Source: the human T2T-CHM13v2.0 reference genome, Homo sapiens
DNA length: 64,000 bases
Assembly: GCF_009914755.1 (NCBI RefSeq)
Contig: NC_060932.1
Strand: one strand, 5' to 3'
Shown here: piece by piece, positions 28,305 to 43,334 of the stretch
Layout: each line of letters begins with the position of its first letter
Numbering within the stretch: the stretch's first letter is position 1
Program-made: the position numbers and the translations under genes
The notes under the pieces: model-generated
Told to the model about the DNA's origin: nothing
The model's database searches: none
The model's input: the letters and a program-made list of their open reading frames with translations, nothing else

Positions 28305-29269
28305 CCTGGCATGGGGCAGCTTGACGGCTCCTCACCTGTGATGGAAGAAGATACTCCATCTCCCCGAGCATCAGATTGGCCCTCAGGTGGCTGCTTGAAA
28401 GACAAAAATGATGACAAATAAAATACACTCTGTGCTGACCTTTTGACAAGAATCAGTGAGACCTCAGTCCTGTGCTTCGTACTCTGCCAGAAACCTCCCA
28501 GTTTAAAAACATTGCTAATTATTGTCTTTAGAAGCCATCCCTTCTTCCATCTTCATGCTCCTTTTCTATTTTTGAAATATCTAAGCATAAATTTAGCTTT
28601 AAAATGATATACTTAACAGATGTATAGTGGGTTTTACAGTTTTCTCAATGGGTGAAATCAGAAGGAAAGTGTCAACGTCAGAACACTTCACTCCCCACCC
28701 CATCCCGGATGCAGGGCACAGAAGATAATCCCCGTGCAAGTGCACGTGTGTGCAAGGAAAAGCAGCAGATGCTTGGGATACCAGAAACCTTGGGAGCCAC
28801 TGACTCCGAGAAGGAGTGACTTGCAAAGCCAAGAACCAGATCCATATGCTTCTTTCTGCATTCCTCCACACACACCTGTGTTTGCATTCCTCCAGGTAGC
28901 TGTCCTATGCATCCATCCAGATCTTTGTCACACTGCAGCCCACTCAGGTCCCATCGTCAAAGAAATGCCCCGATCCCACAGCTCCATGTTGATCTTCTCC
29001 TCCTTCACCATACGCCCTTTGCATTTAGGGTGTTTTACAGCACTACTCCTTTTACACCTTTACAATTTAGCAATTAAAAAACCATTCTGCATCATCCACA
29101 ATTTTTCCCTTATGTGTGTACCAATTTTTTGTTAAGAGAGACAGTTGACTAAGGCCATTCCAGCTCCGGTCACTTTTCCACCTACCACAGTCATCCCTCC
29201 ACCACCTGGGATCCACCTCTGTAGATTCAAGCAATATTTGAAAAAAGGAGATTATGTCTGGGCTAACAC

Positions 29270-29502
29270 GTACAGACATTTTCTCTTGTCATTATTCCTT
29301 AAACAATAGAGTACAACAACCATTTACACTGTGTGATGTATTATAAGGAACCTGAAAATGATATAATGTATAAGGGAGGATGTCTGTCAGTAATATGCAA
29401 ATGCTATGCATCATTTTCATTTCAGGGACTTGAGCATCCATGGATTTGGTATCCGAGGGCGTCCTGGAACCAACCCCCCACGGATATTGAGGGACCACAG
29501 TA
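29270..29502. mobile_element. MER2-like Tigger-derived fragment
   Basis: gacttgagcatccatggatttggtatcc...tcctggaaccaacccccacggatattgaggga. Confidence 0.75.
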
Positions 29503-31037
29503 TTTTTATCCTCCATGTCACCCCATCCCTGACCTCCAGAAACAAACAATCATTTGCCATTTTAAAGGACCTACACTAAATGAGCAACAGAAGAGCTCTC
29601 CCACCCACCACCGACTCCATGCCTGTTTTCAGCATTGTAGGGAGGAAGAGTCCCGGCCCTGGCTGATGGCTCTCAGCTCCTGGGATCAGGTGGCAATGGA
29701 GGGTCATGTCGCGGCTTCATTGACTTCTTGCATCGTAAGGCTCCTCTTATGAGACAACCTTTCCTCTCAGGCCCTTAGGTCCAAGTCCCCTCTCTCAGCC
29801 TTCTCTGAGACCTCAGGTGTGAAGAATATGTTTTTATTTATTTGCTGGATTTTTGTTTGAATACTGATGAAAACTAATCATGTGGGCTTGGTCCTCAGGA
29901 TTAATCGTCCAAGTGTAAAAACGGAAACCACCACTGAACGATATCTGACCATCAGCTACAAGTTTTTCTTTCTCTTGCAAAGAAACAGCTCATAATGACT
30001 GAAAATGAAGGGCATGGTAAGCTGAGATAGAGATATCCCTTGCTTCCCAACACCCCACCCCTGAAAAATCAGGGAAGGCAGGCCTCTGTTAGAGCTGTTT
30101 TGCTCCAGAAGAGAACTCACAGCCACTTTGAAGTGAACCCCATCCATCTTTGAGAGGCCAGAGCCCTCAAAGTGTTTGCCCAGGGAGGATGCTGCATTGA
30201 GGGGAGGGTGGGAACAGCCCCACTAGCCAGCAACTGTTTGCAGCAGTGAACTTGAGCCCCCCAGACACTGCCCAGGAGTGGAAGAAACCTGACTTGGAAT
30301 AGCCCCAGATGTGGCGCCGAGCCTGAGCACTGGCCTGCCTGACTGGGAAGCTTGGCGAAGATTCCTGTGTTCAATGCTTGGCATGGAGTGAGTGGAGCTG
30401 CCACCTTCAAACTGCATGGGGGGCCACTTCCACAGACCTGGTTCTTGCTGCTTGGGAGATCACTGTCCCCACCCCAGAGGCAACTAAAAGTTTCTCGTTA
30501 AAAGAAATGTAGTTGGACCCCAAAGTTCCATGAAATAGGATGACTCCAGGAGAAGTTGATTGTTAGGGGGTCTAACTCAACCCTATACTCCTTTGTTTGG
30601 CTAAGGAGGGAACTTCAGTGTGATGGATAAAGTCACCTGCACACCTCACACAGGAAGAACTCTCCTGCTTCAGGGGGTAAGAAGCTGTCCTGAAGTAACC
30701 CTCACCCAGGCCATCTTGTGAGCTCTCGGCCCTCAAAGGAGGCGATCTGTGAAGAACTAAAGTTTTTCACTAACATATCATCTTGGGACTCAAACTATGT
30801 AACCAGCCCGAGAAAGGAACAGAAAACACAGAAGAGAAAGAGCTTGCTTCCCTATCGTTTTAAAGACTTCAATTTTAAAAACTGCCATTTCTTTGCATTT
30901 TTTGTTCAACAATTTCTGAACAATTCCTACAGGCAAGGGACTTTCCAGGTGCTGTTGGAGATTTTATGGGAAAAAAATTCAGTGTCTGATCTTGGAGAAT
31001 TTAAAATTGGCAGGACAGATAAGATGGGCACAGTTCT

Positions 31038-31119
31038 CTCTTTCTAGAATATTATCCCACTCCTCAGTTGGCCTGACTCTCTTTCTAGAATATTATTCCA
31101 CTCCTCAGTTGGCCTGACT
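31038..31119. repeat. 41-bp tandem duplication (1 mismatch)
   Basis: ctctttctagaatattat(c/t)ccactcctcagttggcctgact x2. Confidence 0.95.
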
Positions 31120-31267
31120 TAATCATGCTTCCATCTCAGCTTCGATGTGCCTTTCCGAGGTAAGCCTTTGTGGCCCCTGCCCCTAATACAGAAGAGACAC
31201 TAATTTATTTTCCTGCTCTGTGGTCCCAGAGTTATGTGAATTTCCTTTTGAAATTCATCATGCATAT

Positions 31268-31299
<32 letters not shown>

Positions 31300-32445
31300 G
31301 CATATTTCTCTATCAGAGTATACCTGTCACCATGGCAGGGATTTGTCTGCCTCTTTCTCTTTCACTGAAGTACCCACAGTACCCGGCATAGTGCTGGCGC
31401 TGTTCAGGGTGCCCGGTAAACTTGTGTGAATGAATTTTTACCTGGCTCTGAAAGAGGGTGCTCAGAAGTAGCAGTGAACGCTGGGACCCTGGGAAAGGAA
31501 GACGGTTATCGTAAAGGAGGTGACACAAGGCTGGACCTCACAAGATGAAATCTCAGTAGGGCATGAGGGCAGGGAATTTGGACAATGAGAAGAAGCGAAG
31601 CTCAGAATAAATTAAGTAAATTGATGATGATGATGACAATGACAGCACCATTTATCATGTAGTCACTTTATGCCAGGAACTCTCATATTCGTAGCATCGT
31701 TTATTTATTACACCAACCATGAGGGGTAGGTACCACCGAGCCCCATCTGCTGATAGGAAAACTAGGGTTCATAGAGGTAAGTTCCTTGCCACAGTCCTAT
31801 GGATGGAAAGTAAAGACACTGAGCTTTGCATTTGGACTTAGACCTAGAGTTGTTCAAACCCTAGTTCTGCTCACTCCACGGAAAAGTGGGTTTTCTGAGG
31901 GCAGTACAAGTAGAGGAAAGTGGAGAAGCGGATTGCAGTTTGATTCTTAGGGGCCAAGAATGCCACCGGGGGATTTAGACTTCAACCTAATCACACGTAT
32001 TTATTTCTTCAAAGGCTAGCGAGCCTTTGAACGTTTTTGAGCCCATGCGTTGGAAAAATTCCTCCGGAAAAGAGAGAAGGTGAGGGAGGGGAGGGCAGGG
32101 TCTGAGAGTTGAGGAGTCTGCAGCAGGAGGTTGGGAGACACAGTACGGAGCTAGGACAGCAGGTCTAGAAATGAAACTAGGACACGTCCAGACCTCAGGT
32201 GGAATTAACTAGAATCTGGTTAGAGAGCCAGAAAGAACAAAGAGAAAAAATACCTCCCAAGTTCCCACCTGGCTGCCCAGGAGGCTGTCATGTGCTTAAC
32301 AAATAAAGCATGCCCTTTAACAAACACAGGAGCGGGGAGGTGTCTGCAGGAAGGCCTACAGACAAAACGTGGAACGAGGCTGCCCTCTTCTGGAGAATAA
32401 AAGCCGGAAGCTGAATCAAAGTCCTCATCTGCCCAGGACAATATA

Positions 32446-32751
32446 TTATTATTATTATTATTATTATTTTCAGAGACAGGGTCTTGCTGTGTTGCCCAGG
32501 CGGGCATGCAATGATGAAATCATAGCTCACTGTAACATCGATCTCCTGGGCTCAAGCGATCCTCCTGCCTCAGCCTCCTGAGTAGTTGGGACTACATGTG
32601 TGTGGCACTGCACCCAGCTATTTTGTTTGTTTGTAGAGAGGAGTTCTCACTAGGTCACCTAGGCTGGTCTCAAACTCCTGGCTTCAAGCGATGCTCCCAA
32701 CTTGGCCTCCCAAAGTGCTGGGATTACAGGTGTAAGCCATCACACCCGGCC
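32446..32751 (-). mobile_element. AluJ with (TAT)n tail
   Basis: Alu consensus. Confidence 0.9.
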
Positions 32752-33748
32752 ATCAGCAAGTTTAACTATATATCCTTCTATATATTTAAATATATATCTT
32801 GTATATATACATATACCTCCATACAGGACCGACTGATGCTGAGTTGATACTAACTAGTCAACTAACAAACAACTGGTAACTAACAACCAGGTAGGAATTC
32901 GGACAAATCTGGTTGTTTGGGGAGAACAAGCGTCTGTCAAACAAGTTGTTACATTTTCTAATGCATCCTATTTCAGACTCAGAAGCAGTTTATATTTTAC
33001 ACAGTCTCTCTCTCTGTAATTCCTACAGACTTATCAAGCACAGGAGAAAACCTAGGTAAAAAATAGATAATAAAACACTCAAGAATATCTCAAATAAAAA
33101 AAAGTGTTATAATATCAAATGTTGTTGCAGATGTGGAACAAGATGTGGAAAAACTTGAAACTCCACTAATAGGAGATATCGCAAAGCCAGACAGCAAGGA
33201 CAGAGAGAGGGAGACAGAGCTGAGCTAAAAGTCCAAAGTAAGACAGTACGCCAAGACCCAGCAATTCCACTGCCAGTGTAGACCACATAAAAAGAGTTCT
33301 ATGTTACCAAAAGATATGTACATGTATATTCCTAGCAGTACTTTTCATTATAGCCCAAACCTGGAAATTGTCGAATTATCCATCAATAGTAGAATGGACA
33401 AGTGTATTTATATAAGTGTATTCATATAACTTAATATAATACAGCTATGGGAATTTACTGCTACTCTGAACAGCAAACGTACATGTCACAAGCATAACTT
33501 AAGTGAAAGAAGCCAAACCAAAAATCACATATATCATTCCATTCACAAATTTCAAAAACTGGCAAAATTTTTGTATGGCGATGGAAGGCAGAATACCAGC
33601 TCCTCAGGATATGGGCTGGGTAATGTTCTGCTCCCAAATCTAATTGTGGATACGGGGGGGGGGGGGGTCACTGTGTGGATACATCATTGTGTCACTGTGT
33701 GAATTCAGGAGTACAGACTTTGATATGTGAGCTTTTGTGTTTGTATAA

Positions 33749-33797
<49 letters not shown>

Positions 33798-34615
33798 AAG
33801 AGATGGGGTCTTGCTCTGTCTCCCAGGCTGTAATGCAGCCCAGAACTCCTAGGCTCAAGGGATTCTCCCACCAAAGCCTTCTGAGTAGCTGGAGTAGGTG
33901 GGACTATAGGCATACACCACCAAATCTGGTAGTATATTCAACTTTAAATAAGTGAAGTGGCTGGGTGCGGTGGCTCATACTTGTAATCCCAGGACTTTGA
34001 AAGGCTGAGGCTGGAGGATTGCTTGAAGCGAAGAGTTCAAGACCAGTCTGGGTAACATAGTGAGACTCCATCTCTAAAAGATTTTTTTTAAATAAAATGT
34101 ACTTAAAATTTAGCAAAGAATTCACTTGCAAGGGCTAAGTTGAAAAGACAGGAGTAAAAGGGTAATAGACAATTTAGAATATATGGATATATGTCGTTTG
34201 ATACTTTAATATATATTATTGTTTTTTAATTATTTAATAGTCCATGAAACGATTAAATTCCATGAAGATAAGAACTGCACCTCATTCATCTTTATAGCCT
34301 CTGGATGCCCAGTGTACATGATAAAGTAGCTATTCAGAAAATATGTATTTAAAAAAATTTTCAACGTTCTGTTTATAGCACAGTTCTCTAAACTAAATAT
34401 AGTGACTGAATAAGTAAATTTCTACAATAACAAATTAGACAATAAAGACAAAAGGCATTTCTGGGCTTATATTGGACAAAATAGCAGCAAGAATAGAGGC
34501 AAATTACTCTGTTTCTGTTACCTTAGGATGAAAAGAATTTGCTTGGATTTATCCAAAATCTTTTTTCTCATCCAAATGTGAAAATATAATGAGGTAAATT
34601 TTCAGCAATGACATT

Positions 34616-34980
34616 GTATTAGTCCATTTTCATGCTGCTGATAGAGGCATACCCAAGACATGACCATTTACAAAAAAAAAAAGAGGTTTAATGGACTCAC
34701 AGTTCTACATGCCTGGGGAGGCCTCACAATCATGACGGTAGGTGAAAGGCACGTCTCACATGGCAGCAGACAAGAGAAGAGAATGAGAACAAAGTGAAAG
34801 GGGTTTCTCTTTATAAAACCATCAGATCTTGTGAGACTTATCCACTACCATGAGAACAGTATGGGGGAAACCACCCTATGATTGAATTATCTCCCACTGG
34901 GCCCCTCCCACAACATGAAGGAATTATGGGAGCTACCATTCAAGGTGAGATTTGGGTGGGGCCACAGTTAAACCATATCA
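34616..34980. mobile_element. THE1/MSTA MaLR solo LTR
   Basis: tgtattagtccattttcatgctgctgat...aaaccatatca. Confidence 0.9.
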
Positions 34981-34984
34981 GACA

Positions 34985-35440
34985 TATTATCTATTGCAAC
35001 ATAACAAATTACCCCCCAAACTTAGGGCTTAAAACCACATACATTTTTTTTTTCTTCAGTTTCTGAGACTTAGGGATCTGGAAGTGACTTAGCGGGGGTT
35101 TCTGACTCGGGGTCTCCCAAGATGTTGGCTGGGGCTGCAGTCATCTGAAGGCTTGACTGGGCCTGGAAGATCCACTCTTCAAAAGGGTCACTCACATGGC
35201 TGTGGGCTGGAGGCCTACTCACAACTCTCCCCAGAGCAGATCACCCAAGAGAAAGAGTAAGCCGGCAGACACCATCACTTTTATGTCCTACTCTCTGACA
35301 TCACACACAATCACTTCTACATTCTATCACTACAAACGAGTCACTAAGACCAGCCCAAATTGAGGTGGAGGGGAATTAGGTACCATCTTTTGAAAGGAAT
35401 GTTAAATAATCTGTGGACGTATTTTAAATCATCACAGTCC
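34985..35440. mobile_element. MLT1-type LTR (a related piece lies at ~36040-36520)
   Basis: aacaaattacccccaaa...tgcagtcatctgaaggcttgactggg...gaagatccac. Confidence 0.7.
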
Positions 35441-35612
35441 ACCACCTGGCCACAAATTATTTCTATTTCTCCTACATGTGAAATACTCTCATTCCTCTCA
35501 ACTCCTCCCAAAAGTCTCAAACTTGTACAAGATGTCCAGGTTTGAAGTCCAGGATGTAATTATTTAAATCAGATCCCAATACAGAGAAGTCTTCTCAGGT
35601 GTAGTTCTGCAG

Positions 35613-35932
35613 TTTTTTTTTTTTTTTTTTTTTTTTTTTTGAGTTGAGACAGTGTCTCACTCTGTAGCCCAGGCTGGAGTGCAGTGGTGCAATCTCAGCT
35701 TACTTGTAGCCTTGACCCCTGGACTCAAGCAATCCTCCTGCTTCAGCCTCCCAAGTAGCTGGGACTACAGACACACACCACAATGACTGGCTAATTTAAA
35801 AAATTTTTTTTTGTGGTGATGGGGTTTCACCATGTTTCCCAGGTTGTTCTCAAACTTTTGGGCTCAAGCAGTCATCCTGCCTCGGCCTATTAAAGTGTTG
35901 GGATTATAGGCATAAGCCACCTTGCCTGACCG
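35613..35932 (-). mobile_element. AluJ
   Basis: Alu consensus. Confidence 0.9.
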
Positions 35933-36810
35933 GGTGTAGTTCTTTAAGAATCCATCTTCAAGTAGAGTTCCTCTCTGTCTGAAGTCTTGCGGACTAAAAA
36001 GACAAGTTATCTGCAATGTCTATCAATTATCTATCACCGTGTAACTAACTACCCCGAAAACTCTGTGGTTTAAAACAACATTTATCTCAGTTTCTGTGGG
36101 TCAGGAGTTTGGTGGTTTTGCTGGGTGTGTCTGACTCAGTGTTATTTCACAGTGTTGGAGTCAATGTGGGATGCAGTCATCTGAAGGCCTGATTGGGGCT
36201 GGAGGATCTGCTTCTAAAAATCCCTCACCAGCATGGTTGTTGGCTGGTGGTCTCTGATCCTTACCATGTGGACCTCTCCCTGGATTGCTTAAATCTTCTC
36301 ACAACACACAGTTGGTTTCCTCCAGAGGAAGTGATCCAAGAGGAAGCCAGCAACATGGAAGCCATGATGTAATTTATGACCTAACTTTGTCACATGGCTT
36401 CACCTCTGCTGTGTTCTATTGGTTACTCAGAACAACCCTGATATGATACAATAGAGGACTAGGCAAGAGCGTCAATCCAGGAATTTAGGGCTCACGGGCA
36501 CCATCTTGGAGACAAGCTAGCATACTCGTAAAGCTAGAAGCTGAACCCAGGAGCACCAACAGAAGCTGTAGATTCTGGTGATGTATCAGACACTTTTCCT
36601 GTGATCTTGATACAGTAACAAAATTTCTGGGTACCCTGAAAATGGAAATAATAAGTTTCTACCAGATGAATGATTAGTTGATGATGATCACTTTGAAGTA
36701 AGATGAGCCTGGCCATGTAAATCCAGCAACGTGTTCTTGGAAAAAATCACTGCCCTTCTCTAGGCCTTGGTTGCCTCAGCTTCAAAAAGTGTATAGTAAT
36801 AGCTGCTTTG

Positions 36811-37108
<298 letters not shown>

Positions 37109-37214
37109 GCTGCTTTGGTCAGTTCTTATAGGGGTTCAAGATTACATATGTAAGATACCTAGCAATTATTAAGCAATTGATAAATGGTAACTATTTTAAA
37201 GAATATTGCATATA

Positions 37215-37599
<385 letters not shown>

Positions 37600-38206
37600 T
37601 TAGTAAAAGGGTAAACCTTTCTCATTTAATACCTGGTATACCATATTTCATAAAACTAAGAAAATAGAAAAAAAATCCATTGCCCTACAACTCTAATGTA
37701 ATGTCATCACCGCCTTTCCTTCCAGCCTTCTTCTCCATGCATTTCCCATAACTGAAGTCAGAGTGTATATAAAAGTTTGCTTTTTGCTTCTTTCTCTTTA
37801 TATCTTAATATAGAAATGTCTTACAAAGTTTGACACAGACACTTGCCCCAGTGTGTCATGCTCAGAGCAATGACCCACGGGTTCTAATGGGAGGTGAGCA
37901 TTGGAGAAGGAAGGGAAATTCCATAGGTCAGTAAGGCTGCATCAGGATCAGCTGAAGTTCTGACAGCAGATCTCACGGAGAGAATCAAAGGCTAACTAGG
38001 GGAAACAGTAGGAGTCACTAAGAGATTCCGGAAGTTGTGTAGGGATGAAAGTTGCTTAACTACTGTCTGACTCAGTTCATCTTCTATACATCAAAGATGT
38101 TACATGCCCCTACCTTTATAGGGCTGCTGGGAGGATTCATCAAGTTTCTGCATGTAAAGTTCCAGGCACAAAGTAAAGATGTTGCTATTAAAATGGTAAG
38201 ATGTGG

Positions 38207-38520
<314 letters not shown>

Positions 38521-39048
38521 CTAGGATTTTCTCAAGCGTTTAGCAGCCTAGGAATTCTCAGTAGACTTCTGAAACATATAATTTATGCCCTAAAATTTTG
38601 ATGACTAATATCTATGATATAGTAAAGCCTGTCTGGATATCAAGTCAGTGTGGGTTTGATCATTTATTTCAACCATTGGAAACAAACCCCAATGCCTCCA
38701 GAAGCCAGGTGGGTGACCTAAGGGTGGGATGGCAGGAGGGGTGTACCACCTAGAGAGCACAAGCCCTCCTCAAAAGAGAATCTGTTACTGACTTCGTTAT
38801 TGCCCTATGTAAGTGTGGACCAGGCTTGCTGTTTGACATCTACAGTGCATTATTTCAACATTCATCAGGTTTAATGCACTATGCCACATAAGCGAGGTGA
38901 TGCTACTAGGATATTTTTTGGAAATTTACACACACACAAGTCTGCTAAAATAGTTAGGTCTAAGGATTCCTAGCTCTGGGAGAAGGGTTACATTTTCTGC
39001 CTTATCTCCAGCTATTGGGGTTATTTGAATTATTTAACCTTGACCTGT

Positions 39049-39423
39049 TGTATTAGTCCATTCCCACACTACTAATAAAGACATACCTGAGACTGGGTAA
39101 TTTATAAAGGAAAAAGATTTAATTGACTCACAGTTCTGCATGGCTGGGGAGGCCTCAGGAAACTTACAATTATGATGGAAGGGGAAGCAAACACATCCTT
39201 CTTCACGTGGCAGCAGCAAGGAGAAGAATGAAAGCTGAGAGAACAGGAAAGCCCCTTATAAAACCACCAGATCTCATGAGAACTCACTATCATGAGAATA
39301 GCATGGGGTTAACCACCCCCATGGTTCAACTACTTCCCACCGGGTCCCTCCCGATTCACATGGGGATTATGAGAACTACAATTTAAGATGAAATTTAGGT
39401 GGGGACACAGCCAAACCATATCA
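39049..39423. mobile_element. THE1-type MaLR solo LTR
   Basis: tgtattagtccattcccacact...ggggacacagccaaaccatatca. Confidence 0.92.
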
Positions 39424-40809
39424 CCTGTATTTAATTTATGTAATAAAATACATTTAATCTATAAATTATGTTAAAAGTACACATTGAAACCTGAAAGGTT
39501 TCAAGAAGTCCTATACTAGAGCAAAGAAACCCATTTAACAGTAATCAGCCCCTTGTTTCTCATAATATTTCACTCAAAATCTTTATTTTCCATATAAAAT
39601 GTATGAACACCTTACGGAGCACTCTTTGGGAAAGGATGCCCAACTTTTAAAAGGAAGACCCAAACAAACCGGTCAACAGAAACAGAGTGCTGCTGTGGTG
39701 CCATGCCCGAGACACCTGCCAATAGTCCTCTGCCACTCGCCATCCTTGCATCAGCATCTGGGACATGGTAATTACACTCGACGGCCTGTCACTCCACCTC
39801 TCCTCATTCCTCAGCTCACAGAAAAGAGATCTGTGAAACACCAGCTCTGGTCTCGGCAAATATTTGTTTCCCCCTGGCTCCCTGGAAAATGCATTTTTAA
39901 AACTGTTCCTACAATTGCAGTATGGCAGCTGCTTTATCAGTGTGTGAAGACAGAACAATGATGTGGCTTAGATACTTGACATTTTGTATTGTTGGAAAGT
40001 GGCAAATTGCACTGAGCTGTAAATGCACTGTAAGTGGTGTTGTGTTGAATTATAAAGACAATTAGCACATTTCTTCCTTGTTTCTCGTTTATCTTTTCGT
40101 TTGTAAACATGGAAAGCAGAGTGCGATAAGCTTTACACCCCTTATCTGTAAAATGAGCTCGGTGATACTTATCTTGCAGAGTTTTGTAAACCAGAATTTT
40201 AAAAATGTTAAACTACCTAAGAGAGTACAAAACACATAGCAGCATCCAATAAATGACAATTTTTACTATTTCTTCCACACCTCCTGTTAACATTAAACTC
40301 TTGGAGGGTGGAAGAAAGCATGGACATAAAGCACATACAGTCACTAGAGGAAATCAGAATACTGCAATGTTTGAGGTTCTTTGAAAGTTTTTAAAGCGTT
40401 TTAAGGGTCCTTAGACATGATCTTTTACAGATGAGAACAAGATGAAGTGAGATTGATAAAAATTAATCAATTTGCCCATGTTTTGCACAGGAGCATAAAT
40501 TACCAGCAGACAACATCTGGATTCCATACTAAGAACACAAACATCTCACTACAGAGTTACAAACTGAACATGCCTCATGCCTAAAGTGCACACACCTATC
40601 AATCTTAGCTTTGCATGGTCCCAAAGACTCTGTAACTTTCACAGATTTGCATGTTTAATAACAAATTTGAATTTTGGGACTACTAAGTCATCTGCTGCAA
40701 ATGTCACCAGTCCGTTGTTTAAGTTTCTGCGTGTATTTCAGTCAACAGGTTTTCTTCATTAAGCACGGTGTTGTCTGTCCATCAGGCAGCAAAGCATCAG
40801 CGCATCCTA

Positions 40810-40823
40810 CCACCAGATGGCAC
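40810..40823 (+). promoter_or_regulatory. Strong CTCF core motif
   Basis: CCACCAGATGGCAC fully matches CCASYAGRKGGCRS, in non-repeat sequence. Confidence 0.65.
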
Positions 40824-40989
40824 TAGACCCACTTGTGGAGGCTCTGGGGGCGCCATCAGCGTGGGACTAGAAGCTGATGAAAAACGAGAAGTTTCATTTC
40901 CCGGTTCCATTTAAACGTTCATACTGGGCCATAAAAGCAGATGAATTAGATATGCCATTATCCTGCATATATACATTTATATTTTATTG

Positions 40990-41061
<72 letters not shown>

Positions 41062-41333
41062 CGGAGTCTCACTCCGTCACCCAGGCTGGAGTGCACTGGC
41101 AGGATCTCAACTCACTGCAACCTCTGCCTCCAGGTTCAATCGATTCTCCTGCCTCAGCCTCCTGAGTGGCTGGGATTACAGGAGCGTGCCACCACACGCG
41201 GCTAAATTTTGTATTTTTAGTAGAGACGGGGTTTTACTTTGGTCAGGCTAGTCTCGAACTCCTGACCTTGTGATCCGCCCGCCTTGGCCTCCCAAAGTGC
41301 TGGGATTGCATGCGTGAGCCACCGCGCGTAGCC
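40990..41333 (-). mobile_element. AluS whose tail is a compound (TA)n(GA)n microsatellite
   Basis: Microsatellite at 40990-41058 followed by Alu consensus. Confidence 0.92.
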
Positions 41334-42669
41334 TATCCTGCATATTTAAAGTTAATTGTGTTTAATAAAAATAGAGCAGAGATAGAGAAGTGATTGCCAG
41401 CCCAGCAGCTCTGAGCTATCTCATATAAGGCTTAGTAGGGAATCCTGACCCACACTCCAATCTCCAAGCTCTAGACATCTCACCAACAAAACAGGAAGCC
41501 AACACATTCTGGATCTTCTTTCCAAGATAAAGTCGACCACTCGTAATATTTTTTTCAGAGACAACGGAAGCTGAAAAATAAGAGCTGAGAAAGGAAGAAC
41601 TTTTCTATAAGAACTTAAATCCAAAAGGCTATGGGATAGTAATGGAAAGTGGAAGAGAACAAAAAAGGCCTGGAAAGTAAAACCAGGAGGAAAAACAAAC
41701 GTTTTAGAACAGCCAAGTGTGGGGAGTTGGAAAGTGAAGCTTTGAGTAGAAACCAGAGTTACAAAATTTCAGAGCTGAAAGCGGCCTTATAAGGAAGCAG
41801 AATTGGGCCCAAGGCCTAAATATTTGCCAAAAACCACGCAGGCAATTAGTGGCAGACAAGAGAGGACCTTCATTTTTGCTAAACAGGGCTCTTTCCACTG
41901 AAACATGTGGCCCTCTCAATATCTAACTAAAAACCTTTCACAAAATCCAAGTAAACACAGAGAAACATCCTCTCTTCTGTCTCCACTGCTTTCTCTGTCC
42001 ACACGTGCACACGTACACACACAGCCACCATTATAACAATACAGGAAATTGAAGGAAGCCATCTGAAACTTCAACGTCGGGCACAGCCGCCACAGATAAC
42101 ATATCAAATGCAAGGCTGGAAATCAGCACTGTTCACATTCACACAGGAAGCCCGACTCAAGCTGTTTGACCGTATTTAGTAATCAGTTCCATACTCACAA
42201 AAGAATGCCAGAACAAAAACAGACGGAAAAGAAAAAAAAAATAAATCCAACCATCCTTTTCCTTTGGAGGAGGACTTATACCAAGAAGTTTAAAGAGAGG
42301 CCCAGCTGGTTTATAGAATTCTGCAGGAAATTTGGGGACCTCTGTAATGCCATTGTCTTCACTGGCCCAGGCAAGTAGCCGTACCAAGGCAGTTATGGGG
42401 ATATTCAAACAAATCAAAGCCATATTTTACCTCAATTGTGCTTATACTTTAGGTGAAAGTATTCTGGACCTAAATATTTCTAATAATCATCAGATGCATC
42501 CTGATCTCATGGGAAGTGCTGAGAAAACCTATGGGGCTATTATCCACTTACTAGCTCTGTAAACTTGGGCAACTTAACTGTTCTGAGCCTCTTCCTTCTT
42601 CTATAAAAATGAGATTGATTACTATTGCCTTCCAGAATAGTTCTGAGGTGAAAATGAGAGTCAAGTTCT

Positions 42670-42776
42670 GTGCTCGCTTCAGCAGCACATACACTAAAAT
42701 TGGAACGATACAGAGAAGATCAGCATGGCCCCTGTGCAAGAATGACATGCAAATTCATGAAGCGTTCCATATTTTT
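42670..42776 (+). pseudogene. Full-length U6 snRNA retropseudogene
   Basis: gtgctcgcttc...ggaacgatACAGAGAagat...gcgttccatattttt with several substitutions. No PSE/TATA seen, and it is flanked by TSDs. Confidence 0.97.
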
Positions 42777-42874
42777 TTCTTAATAAAGCCTCTTTTCTAC
42801 ATATGAAAAAAAAAAGAGAGTCAATGTTCTATGGCACGAAGACACACCAGTAAATATCAGCCATTTCTTTCAGA

Positions 42875-42875
42875 T

Positions 42876-42911
<36 letters not shown>

Positions 42912-43214
42912 ATAGATAGATTTTTTTTTTCCTGAGACAGGGTCTCCTTCTGTCACCCTGGCTGGAATGCAGTGGCAGAATCATGGCTCACAGGAGCCTC
43001 AGTCTCCCTGGGCTCAGGTGGTCCTCCCACCTCAGCCTCCCAAGTAGCTGGGACTACAGGCACGCCACCACACATGGCTAATTTTTGTATTTTTTGTAGA
43101 GATGAGGTTTCACCATGTTGCCCAGGCTGATCTTGAACCCCTGGAGTCGAACAATCCATCTGTCTCGGTCTCCCAAAGTGTTGGGATTACAGGCATGAGC
43201 CGCCGCGCCCGGCC
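42875..43214 (-). mobile_element. (GATA)n microsatellite plus AluJ
   Basis: tagatagata... followed by Alu consensus. Confidence 0.9.
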
Positions 43215-43334
43215 CCATTTAATTGTTCTATTTTGTTTAATTTGGGCGGACTTGGGCCTCAAAGAGAAAAGTGAGAAGAAAATGCCTCATTTACAGTGGA
43301 GCCACTGGTGAGTTCTCTTAGACCTAATCTACAT

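Noticed and set aside
33654-33667. G14 run as a regulatory G-quadruplex
   Set aside because: Isolated homopolymer in a decayed repeat-like region with no supporting context.
42670-42776. Functional U6 gene
   Set aside because: Multiple substitutions, TSDs, poly(A) tail and no upstream Pol III type-3 promoter visible.
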